Below are positions 1 to 7,488 of a stretch of DNA of 60,423 nt, piece after piece. The position numbers and the translations under genes are program-made. Positions within the stretch are counted from its first letter, which is position 1, and every line of letters begins with the position of its first letter. The stretch spans positions 1 to 60,423 of the forward strand of contig CAZESS010000013.1 of NCBI GenBank assembly GCA_964514975.1. The letters run 5' to 3'. This stretch comes from an uncultured Thermoplasmatales archaeon (GTDB taxonomy: Archaea; Thermoplasmatota; E2; UBA202; DSCA01). The notes under the pieces are model-generated. The model ran no database searches and was not told the origin of the DNA. It saw only the letters and a list, made by a program, of their open reading frames with translations.

Positions 1-113
1 CGGGTCTCCCCGCTACATAGCTTCGGCTCCAATACATCGGCCACTGCTCGCGTCCTGACGGCTCCCCGGCTATCAAATGAGGATTCTGTTATACGGGGCT
101 ACCCGAATTCACC
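1..113 (-). ncRNA. Probable SRP (7S) RNA, 5' part; runs off the window edge
   Basis: The minus strand starts GGUGAAUUC ~30 nt after a TATA box (142-136). It shows Alu-like hairpins (CGGG-UAGC-CCCG, then UAUAA, then a second small hairpin) and a CGGG-GAGA-CCCG tetraloop hairpin like helix 6. No credible ORF. The diagnostic helix 8 would be outside the window. Confidence 0.45.
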
Positions 114-129
114 ATGCCAATTAGCCACG

Positions 130-142
130 GAAAGGTTATATA
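130..142. promoter_or_regulatory. BRE/TATA element, possibly bidirectional
   Basis: GAAAGG-TTATATA on +, TATATAA on -, between the putative ncRNA and the helicase gene. Confidence 0.5.
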
Positions 143-345
143 CCTCCCCGGCTTGAGGGACCGTTAGCACTGTAACATTAACGGAGTAATCGCTATCACT
201 CTTTTTTGTTGAATGCTGTTGACACCAGAACGACTATGAAAAAACATACGAGTGCGTCTCATCACGAGAAGAAAACACTCAGAAACAAGATGCAACCAAC
301 ACAAGACTCTTCTAGGAATATATAGAGTAATTGACAGGAAATAAC

Positions 346-1587
346 ATGAAATTTGATGATTTAGACATGGATTTGAGTTTTTTAGAGAAAACAAGAGAAA
401 ACGGCTTTGAGCGGCTTACACATATTCAGGAAAAATGTATCAATGAAATATCCCGCGGGCGGGATGTTGTGGGCCAGGCTGAGACCGGCTCAGGGAAGAC
501 GCTTGCCTTCGGCCTGCCCATACTGAACAAGGTTGTTCCCGGCGCCGGGGTGCAGGCACTTGTCCTTACTCCGACCCGGGAGCTCTGCGTACAAATCACC
601 GGCGTTTTCCGGGAGTTCGGCAAACGCCGGGGCATAAAGACAACGGGCATCTACGGGGGCGTTGGCATAGGCCCTCAAATAAAGGACATTCAAACCGCGG
701 ACATCATTGTCGGAACGCCGGGCAGGATACTGGACCACCTCGGGCGGAATACCATCTGTTTCAATGCGACTCAGTTTGTTGTGCTCGATGAAACCGACAG
801 AATGCTCGACATGGGGTTCATCGACGATGTAGATAAAATTATACGTCATACGCCGAAAAACCGACAGATGCTCATGTTCAGCGCGACCATTCACGGCGAA
901 TTCCAGAAAGTGATGGGACAATACATGATGCGTCCACTGGTCGTGAAGACGCAACCATATGTGTCAGCCCATAAGCTGGAGCAGCGATATTACGATATAT
1001 CGCCCAAAAATCTGAAGTTTTCCCTCCTCGTGCATCTCCTCAAAGACTCCGCAGCCGGGTCGACGTTGGTGTTCTGCAATACCCGGAGGGAGACAGATGT
1101 CGTCGCGCAAAACCTCAGGAAACAGAACATAAACGCCGTAGCATTACATGGCGGCATGACGCAGCCGGCGCGATTGAAATCCCTTAACGCCCTCAAGAAA
1201 AATACCATAGATGTGCTGGTGGCAACTGATGTAGCTGCCCGGGGACTTGACATAAAAAAGGTCACCCATGTGTTCAACTACGATGTACCAAAGACCACGA
1301 AACAATACGTCCATAGAATCGGGCGAACAGCGCGTGCCGGGGAAACAGGCGTCGCAGTTACCCTCCTCACCCGGCATGACCGGGACAGCTTCAGGCGGAT
1401 TCAAAAAGAATATGACGGCACCATCACGCCAGCAAAAATGCCCGCGCTCAAACAGGTTTCCTTCCACAGAGCTTCCACGAGGAAGCAAAAAACGTCCGGC
1501 AAGGGACAGAGGAAATATAACAGGAAACAGAATACATACCGACAAAATAGGCACAAGAAATCGAACGGAAGACATCGACGCCGCTAA
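346..1587 (+). CDS. DEAD-box RNA helicase (motif II reads DETD)
   Basis: Q motif GFERLTHIQ, AETGSGKT, PTRELC, TPGR, DETD, SAT, ARGLD, HRIGRTAR, basic C-terminal tail. Start placed at ATG 346. Confidence 0.95.
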   Translation: MKFDDLDMDLSFLEKTRENGFERLTHIQEKCINEISRGRDVVGQAETGSGKTLAFGLPILNKVVPGAGVQALVLTPTRELCVQITGVFREFGKRRGIKTTGIYGGVGIGPQIKDIQTADIIVGTPGRILDHLGRNTICFNATQFVVLDETDRMLDMGFIDDVDKIIRHTPKNRQMLMFSATIHGEFQKVMGQYMMRPLVVKTQPYVSAHKLEQRYYDISPKNLKFSLLVHLLKDSAAGSTLVFCNTRRETDVVAQNLRKQNINAVALHGGMTQPARLKSLNALKKNTIDVLVATDVAARGLDIKKVTHVFNYDVPKTTKQYVHRIGRTARAGETGVAVTLLTRHDRDSFRRIQKEYDGTITPAKMPALKQVSFHRASTRKQKTSGKGQRKYNRKQNTYRQNRHKKSNGRHRRR

Positions 1588-1756
1588 GGCACATCAGCAA
1601 AGGCACCGCCATGGGCAACGGACTCAGATATCTCGGTATATACTCCGCTCATGCCGAGGGATTATAAAGCAGAGGGAAAAAAGAAAGCCCGTTTTGCGGT
1701 GTTATGCCGCCTGCATGTGCCTGCTCGCTATTGGTGTGGACGACATCCAGTCGCTT

Positions 1757-1909
1757 TTACACAAATTCGAAGGAATCAAAGCAGCTATTGCAGGTGGCCG
1801 TTTTTATATTCCATGTTCGCCTGCCACATTTAGGGCAGATTGCATAATATTTGTTCAGTATTTTTACTTTCAACTCCTTCATTCGCTTCTTTTTCTCTTC
1901 TGCGCTCAT
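1757..1909 (-). CDS. 50-aa zinc-finger protein with L37e-like C-x2-C-x11-C-x2-C motif (absent from the ORF track)
   Basis: Hand translation: MSAEEKKKRMKELKVKILNKYYAICPKCGRRTWNIKTATCNSCFDSFEFV*. Upstream TTTATATA box and GAGGT SD-like sequence. Confidence 0.75.
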   Translation of the reverse strand: MSAEEKKKRMKELKVKILNKYYAICPKCGRRTWNIKTATCNSCFDSFEFV

Positions 1910-2089
1910 ACTATAGTAACCTCAACTGTATATAAACATATTTGTATTCGTAAAATATCTCATGATGTAACCGTATCATGCCGATGTATATTCCTCGGCA
2001 ACACCCATGCCGTGCCTGTACCCGGAGCGTAAGAAAAAAATACCCATTGTCCTTATGGAGTCGTGGTCACAGGGTTTGACCACGTGCCC

Positions 2090-2162
2090 GGGCTAGTGGT
2101 CTAGGGGTTATGACGTCGCCCTTACGAGGCGAAGGTCGCCGGTTCAAATCCGGCCTAGCCCA
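2090..2162 (+). tRNA. tRNA-Val(UAC)
   Basis: GGGCTAG/CTAGCCC acceptor stem, TCGCC-CT TAC GA-GGCGA anticodon arm, TTCAAAT T loop, no encoded CCA. Confidence 0.97.
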
Positions 2163-2163
2163 T

Positions 2164-2544
2164 TTATTGCTGTGTGGCGCTGACCTGCACTCTGCCGGGT
2201 GGCCCTTTGAGGAGGATGTCTATCCGCTGTCGTTCGTGTGGTTTTAGTCGCTCAAGGGTGAGGGTCATCTGCCGGTCGTTTATCATGCCGCCGTCGGTGA
2301 TGCGCGTGGTGCCGAGGTCGTATATTTTCCATCCCTTGATGATGGCCGGCGAGACGGCTATCTCGATGGTTGCATCTATGGGGCATCCATCGTCCTGGCT
2401 GATGTAGATGACGGCGATGCCGCGGCCGTCGCTGCACTGCCAGCCGGGGAGCTCCTCGGGTGGTGTGCCGTTGCCTTCGTTTTCGTCGACGGGCGCCGGC
2501 TGTCCGTTTATGCAGCGGTATCGGAAGACCTGGATGTGTATCAT
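2164..2544 (-). CDS. Hypothetical protein
   Basis: Only plausible ORF between the two tRNAs; start set at ATG 2544; no recognised motif. Confidence 0.55.
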   Translation of the reverse strand: MIHIQVFRYRCINGQPAPVDENEGNGTPPEELPGWQCSDGRGIAVIYISQDDGCPIDATIEIAVSPAIIKGWKIYDLGTTRITDGGMINDRQMTLTLERLKPHERQRIDILLKGPPGRVQVSATQQ

Positions 2545-2640
2545 CGTGGGATGAGGATGCAAGGGGGTATTAATCTTTTTGCTTCCGGCGGGTGGATGAC
2601 CGAAAACGTTTAGAACGTTGCTCTAATAAAGGTAGGCATG

Positions 2641-2713
2641 AGCCCCGTGGTGTAGTGGTCTAGCATAAGAGGCTCTGGACCTCTTGACGGCAGTTCGAAT
2701 CTGCCCGGGGCTG
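2641..2713 (+). tRNA. tRNA-Gln(CUG), A1-U72 pair, G73 discriminator
   Basis: AGCCCCG/CGGGGCT acceptor stem followed by G; AGAGG-CT CTG GA-CCTCT anticodon arm; GGCAG-TTCGAAT-CTGCC T arm. Confidence 0.97.
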
Positions 2714-2761
2714 TCCGTTCCCCCTGCCGTCTGGCGGGGCGATATATGCGGGAGACAGACA

Positions 2762-4441
2762 ATGGATACAGCTGGTTCAGAGGGCCGTGACTTCATCCGT
2801 ACCATTATCGACGAGGACCTGGAGACCGGCAGGTATGACGGCCGCGTTCATACCAGGTTTCCGCCGGAGCCCAACGGCTATCTGCATGTCGGGCATGCGA
2901 AGTCCATCTGCCTGAACTTTGGCATCGCCGAGGAATACGGTGGCATGTGCAACCTCCGGTTTGATGACACCAATCCCATCAAGGAGGCAGAGGAATACGT
3001 GGAGTCGATCATCGAGGATGTCCGATGGCTTGGCTTCGACTGGGAGGACCGGCTGTTTTTCGCCTCCGACTATTTTGACCAGATGTATGACTATGCGGTG
3101 CAGCTGGTTGAGCAGGGAGACGCCTACGTGGACGACCTGTCGGCGGAGGAGATACGTCGCTACCGGGGAACGCTGACGAAGCCGGGTAAAAACAGCCCCT
3201 ATCGGGACCGTGCCGTGGAGGAAAACCTGGGCATGCTGGAGCGGATGAAGGCCGGCGAATATGGGGATGGCGAGCGGGTGCTCCGCGCCAAAATCGACAT
3301 GTCGCATCCAAACATGAACATGCGGGACCCGGTGATGTACCGGATACTGCATGCCACGCATCATCGCACCGGCGACAAATGGTGTATCTATCCCACCTAT
3401 GACTGGGCGCACGGCCTTGAGGACTCGATAGAAAACATCACGCATTCCATCTGCACGCTGGAGTTCGAAAACCATCGCCCGCTGTATGACTGGTTCCTCG
3501 ACCGCCTTGACATCTATCACCCTCAGCAGATAGAGTTCGCGCCGCTCAACCTGACCCATATGGTGATGAGCAAGCGGATGCTCCGGTCGCTGGTCGAGGC
3601 CGGGCAGGTTGACGGATGGGACGACCCGCGCCTGCCGACGATACGGGGGATGCGCCGCCGTGGCTATCCGCCGGCCGCCATCCGCGAGTTCTGCAGCCGC
3701 GTCGGGGTGTCGAAGACCCTGAGCACCATTCCCATCGAGTTCCTTGAACACTGTGTCCGCGATCAGCTCAACAGGACGGCGACCCGCTATATGGGCGTGC
3801 TGCATCCACTCCGCCTGGTCATCGAAAATCTGCCGGAGGGTGAGGTGCAGGAGATGGACGTGGTGAACAACCCGGAGAATCCCGCTGCTGGGACACGAAC
3901 GGTGCCGTTTTCCCGTGAGGTTTACATCGAGCGCGGCGACTTCCAGCTGGAGCCGTCGAAAAAGTTCTACCGGCTGGCGCCTGGCCGCGAGGTCCGCCTG
4001 CGGAACGCCTACCTGGCCACCTGTCATGACGTCGTAACAGAGAACGGCGAGGTCGTCGAGCTCCGCTGCACCGTGGACCCGGACAGCAAGGGCGGCGACG
4101 CGCCCGACGGGCGGCGGGTCAAGGCGACGCTGCACTGGGTTCCCGCATCGCATGCCGTCGACGCAGAGCTCAGGGTGTACAACACGCTGTTCGATGTGGA
4201 GGATCCCGCCGGCGGGGATGGCGACTTCCGGGACCATCTCCACCCCGATTCACTCGAGGTGGTGCCGCATGCAAAGGTCGAGCCGGCGGTGCGGGAGCTC
4301 AGCCCGTATGACCGGTTCCAGTTTCTCCGCCTCGGCTATTTCTCCATCGACCCCGACACGACGGACGACAGGCTGGTCATCAACCAGACGGTCGAGCTCC
4401 GGGACACCTGGGCCCGCATAAAAAAACAGCGCCAGCAGTAA
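2762..4441 (+). CDS. glnS: Glutaminyl-tRNA synthetase (bacterial-type GlnRS)
   Basis: [106 protein letters not shown]. Real start is ATG 2762; the longer ORF overlaps the tRNA. Confidence 0.96.
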   Translation: MDTAGSEGRDFIRTIIDEDLETGRYDGRVHTRFPPEPNGYLHVGHAKSICLNFGIAEEYGGMCNLRFDDTNPIKEAEEYVESIIEDVRWLGFDWEDRLFFASDYFDQMYDYAVQLVEQGDAYVDDLSAEEIRRYRGTLTKPGKNSPYRDRAVEENLGMLERMKAGEYGDGERVLRAKIDMSHPNMNMRDPVMYRILHATHHRTGDKWCIYPTYDWAHGLEDSIENITHSICTLEFENHRPLYDWFLDRLDIYHPQQIEFAPLNLTHMVMSKRMLRSLVEAGQVDGWDDPRLPTIRGMRRRGYPPAAIREFCSRVGVSKTLSTIPIEFLEHCVRDQLNRTATRYMGVLHPLRLVIENLPEGEVQEMDVVNNPENPAAGTRTVPFSREVYIERGDFQLEPSKKFYRLAPGREVRLRNAYLATCHDVVTENGEVVELRCTVDPDSKGGDAPDGRRVKATLHWVPASHAVDAELRVYNTLFDVEDPAGGDGDFRDHLHPDSLEVVPHAKVEPAVRELSPYDRFQFLRLGYFSIDPDTTDDRLVINQTVELRDTWARIKKQRQQ

Positions 4442-4444
4442 CCG

Positions 4445-5005
4445 TCATTCATGTATCTCGCCTTTTTCGACGACGTTGACCACTACCCGTTTTATCCGCT
4501 CGACCGCGCGCTCCGTCTCCCCGAGCTCCCTGTCGATGTCCCCTGATGTCTTGTGGCGTGCCAGCTCCAGGTTGCCCTCGGCGATGCAGATGGGGTTGAA
4601 AAAATAGTGGGCGGTGTCCCGCTTGAAGCAGAGCTCTTTTTCGATCGCTCGCTGTTTTTCGTCGCTGAGCATGCCGACCAGGGCGGCGACGATGATGAAC
4701 AGCAGCGCCGCTATCAGGCCGGAAAACAGTTCCTCCTGCGGGCTGCCGGTGAGCATGGCGATGGCGACGACCGAGCCGCCCAGGAAGGCTGCGACGGCAA
4801 TGCCCCGTGTGCCCCACCAGAAGGCGGCGAGCACGATGGGGAGATACAGGAAATGGAGGTAGAAGACGTATTCCTCGAGCTCCGCCCGGTACAGGGATAT
4901 CAGGAACAGGGAAAACGCTATGAGAAAGAGCACCGTGAGCACCTTGACGGTTTCCTCGAGCCGCTCGCCCGGGAAGCCATCCCCGGGCTGATACGCGTCG
5001 CCCAT
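4445..5005 (-). CDS. Membrane protein (about 4 TM, DUF4118-like) with C-terminal HisKA-like H-box and no ATPase domain
   Basis: YLHFLYLPIVLAAFWWG membrane motif; TAHYFFNPICIAEGNLEL H-box; ends ~40 aa later. Confidence 0.75.
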   Translation of the reverse strand: MGDAYQPGDGFPGERLEETVKVLTVLFLIAFSLFLISLYRAELEEYVFYLHFLYLPIVLAAFWWGTRGIAVAAFLGGSVVAIAMLTGSPQEELFSGLIAALLFIIVAALVGMLSDEKQRAIEKELCFKRDTAHYFFNPICIAEGNLELARHKTSGDIDRELGETERAVERIKRVVVNVVEKGEIHE

Positions 5006-5031
5006 GCTATCGGAGCATAAGTGCATGCAAC

Positions 5032-6297
5032 CTATTTAAAACATGCTTTTTTATTCGGGGATGCCATCGGTGCATCGCCGAGCTCCTCCTCGATGGCCAT
5101 CAGCCGGTTGTACTTTGCGGTGCGCTCCCCCCTGCAGGGTGCCCCTGATTTTATCTGCCCCGTCCCCAGCGCGACGGCCAGGTCGGCGATGAACGCGTCG
5201 CAGGTGTCACCGGAGCGATGGCTGACCATGACCCCGTAGCCATGCTCGCGGCAGACCGCTGCCACGGCGAGGCTTTCGGACAGTGTTCCGATCTGGTTTG
5301 GCTTCAGCAGCAGCGCGTTGCACGCCCCCCGCTTGATGCCCTGCCTGAGCAACATCTCGTTGGTCACGAACAGGTCATCCCCGACAATCTGGAGACGGTC
5401 GCCCATCGCCTCCGTCATGGCGATGAAGCCCTCCCAGTCGCCCTCGGCAAACGGGTCCTCGATCGACATGATGGAATACGTCTCGCTGAGTTGCTCATAG
5501 TAGGCCAGGAGCTCCTCGCGGGTGAGCCATCGCCCCAGCTCGTAGCGCCCCCTGCGATAAAAGCTGGTCGCGGCGGCATCCAGCGCGAGCGCCATTTCGC
5601 TTTCGTAGCCGTTGTCCTCGACCGCCTTTACGATGAGGTCGAGCGCCTCCTCGGTGCTCTTGAGCGGGGGCGCGAAGCCACCCTCGTCGCCCACGTTGAC
5701 ACCCGGGCTGCCGTAGCGCCGTATGAGAAGCGCTTTGAGCGTGTGATATACCTCGCTGCACATCTGCACCGCCACGGCGAAGCTTTTGGCGCCCGTCGGA
5801 ACGACCATGTGCTCCTGGATGGCGAGGTCGTTGCCCGCATGCTCGCCGCCGTTTATCACGTTCATGTAGGGCACCGGCATCACCCGATGGCCGCCGAGAT
5901 ATTCATAGAGCGGCAGATCGCTGCAGCGGGCGGCGGCGCGGGCGCAGGCCAGGGAGACGGCCAGGATGGCGTTTGCCCCCAGCGATGCCTTGTTGTCGGT
6001 CCCGTCGAGCTCGACCATCGTTTGGTCGATGGCCTCCTGCTCGCGGACATCCATGCCCATTGTGGCGGGGGCGATGATATCGGTGACGTTTCCGATGGCA
6101 CGGGTGACACCTCTGCCGTGGAAAGCATCGTCGTTGTCGCGGAGCTCGACGGCCTCCCGGGAACCGGTGGAGGCACCGGAGGGCACCATGGCGCTCCCCG
6201 TGCATTCTCCAGCCGTGACGGATGCCTCGACAGTTGGATTGCCCCGGCTGTCGAGCACCCACCGCGCCGCCACATCTGTAATCGAAAAATCGGTCAT
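5032..6297 (-). CDS. eno: Enolase
   Basis: LDSRGNPTVE, VPSGASTG, VGDEGGFAP, QIVGDDL, LLKPNQIG, SHRSG, KYNRL. Confidence 0.98.
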   Translation of the reverse strand: MTDFSITDVAARWVLDSRGNPTVEASVTAGECTGSAMVPSGASTGSREAVELRDNDDAFHGRGVTRAIGNVTDIIAPATMGMDVREQEAIDQTMVELDGTDNKASLGANAILAVSLACARAAARCSDLPLYEYLGGHRVMPVPYMNVINGGEHAGNDLAIQEHMVVPTGAKSFAVAVQMCSEVYHTLKALLIRRYGSPGVNVGDEGGFAPPLKSTEEALDLIVKAVEDNGYESEMALALDAAATSFYRRGRYELGRWLTREELLAYYEQLSETYSIMSIEDPFAEGDWEGFIAMTEAMGDRLQIVGDDLFVTNEMLLRQGIKRGACNALLLKPNQIGTLSESLAVAAVCREHGYGVMVSHRSGDTCDAFIADLAVALGTGQIKSGAPCRGERTAKYNRLMAIEEELGDAPMASPNKKACFK

Positions 6298-6351
6298 ACT
6301 GGATATAATGTGGAGCCATAGTTATATGCTTCGACCAGTGATGGCATCCAC

Positions 6352-6933
6352 TTATTGGCTGTCGATTATCTCTTTGATTTCTGGGAGGCGTTCGATGACG
6401 TGGTCGGCCATGCTGCGGTAGTCGGCATTGTGGTTGTGCTGGTTGAGGAGCAGGACGGTGGGGGTGCCCGCATTTTGTCCGGCGAGGAGGTCCCAGCGGA
6501 AGTCGCCGACGAACAGCATGTGCCCCGGCGGCACGTCGAGCCGGCGGGCGAGCAGCAGCAGTGGGGCGCCGGATGGCTTGGGCGGTGCGTCTTCCCGTCC
6601 GACAATGATGTCTATGGGAATGTCGAGCTTTTCGACGACCTGGCGTGCATGGCGGCCCGACGCCCGGGTGACGATGCCCGTGGCGATGTCCCGCTCGTGG
6701 AGAAAGCGCAGCAGGTCGTGCATGCCGCGTGGAGCAACGCAGTCCTCCAGGATACAGTTTTCGTAGTCGTCCAAGATGCGGCGGCATCGCTGCCGTTCTA
6801 TCTCGTCGAGACCGTCGATGTACTCAAGCACGTCGCGCTCGCTGCAGCCGAGCCGTTCGCGGAAGGGCGTGAACCGCACCCGTGTTTCGGCGAGCGTTCC
6901 ATCGAGGTCGAATGCCACGGCCTGCACGTCCAT
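6352..6933 (-). CDS. HAD-superfamily hydrolase (phosphoglycolate phosphatase-like)
   Basis: FDLDGTL, KP motif, VGDFRWD. Confidence 0.9.
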   Translation of the reverse strand: MDVQAVAFDLDGTLAETRVRFTPFRERLGCSERDVLEYIDGLDEIERQRCRRILDDYENCILEDCVAPRGMHDLLRFLHERDIATGIVTRASGRHARQVVEKLDIPIDIIVGREDAPPKPSGAPLLLLARRLDVPPGHMLFVGDFRWDLLAGQNAGTPTVLLLNQHNHNADYRSMADHVIERLPEIKEIIDSQ

Positions 6934-7017
6934 GCCCCGGTATCGCCGCACCCTTTTAAAGGATTCGTTGCCATAAGTTTTTAAAGCCGTATCTGCTTTT
7001 CTGGTGTGTATCCGTTC

Positions 7018-7470
7018 ATGCAGCGATTACAGGCCTTCGTCGACCGGCTCAGGGGGTCGCCCCGTCTGCTGGGCGCGCTCGTCGTGCTCGCCGTCCTTAT
7101 CTTTGTGGTTCTCCTCGCGCTGGTGATGGTGACGTCGCCGGAGCACTCGTTTTCGGTGACCTGTCTGGAATGCAACGGCCGGTATGGCGACCTCGTCGTC
7201 GTGGAGGGCGACGGCATAGTATCCGAGCGCGTTGCCGTGGTGGTGGCGGTGTCCGACGAGGAGGGGATGGCGGTGGCGAATGCGTCGGTGACCCTGTGCG
7301 CCGATGATGACGAGATGGAGGCGATGACCAACGAAACGGGTGTTGCGACGCTGGCGGTCAACGCATCGGTGCCCGCCGATGCCATGCAGGTGTTTTTGTC
7401 GCTGTCGGTGTCGAAGTCCAATTTTCATGACTATGGCAGCGATGCCTTTGTGACAGTGGTCCGGCGGTGA
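7018..7470 (+). CDS. Membrane-anchored hypothetical protein with beta-rich (Ig-like) domain
   Basis: One long hydrophobic helix followed by an acidic beta-rich region (VANASVTL, TNETGVATL). Confidence 0.65.
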   Translation: MQRLQAFVDRLRGSPRLLGALVVLAVLIFVVLLALVMVTSPEHSFSVTCLECNGRYGDLVVVEGDGIVSERVAVVVAVSDEEGMAVANASVTLCADDDEMEAMTNETGVATLAVNASVPADAMQVFLSLSVSKSNFHDYGSDAFVTVVRR

Positions 7471-7488
7471 AAGGTTTATTAGCCCCGG

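Noticed and set aside
155-207. Hairpin CCGTTA...TAACGG followed by a T-tract, possible sRNA or helicase leader
   Set aside because: Short stem with no recognisable C/D, H/ACA or riboswitch motif; not distinguishable from chance
2062-2084. 8-bp inverted repeat CGTGGTCA-N7-TGACCACG before tRNA-Val
   Set aside because: Single occurrence, with no partner repeat to support an att site or operator
2684-2761. N-terminal extension of the GlnRS ORF in the track
   Set aside because: Overlaps tRNA-Gln; homology starts after ATG 2762
2777-4243. Long antisense ORFs here and elsewhere (e.g. 29892-31505, 38609-40396, 47759-49504)
   Set aside because: Shadow frames of high-GC genes with no motifs
2762-4441. 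Idea that glnS is a mis-called archaeal GluRS or bacterial contamination
   Set aside because: Motifs are GlnRS-type, the flanking tRNAs and genes are archaeal and composition is continuous; only read mapping could reopen this
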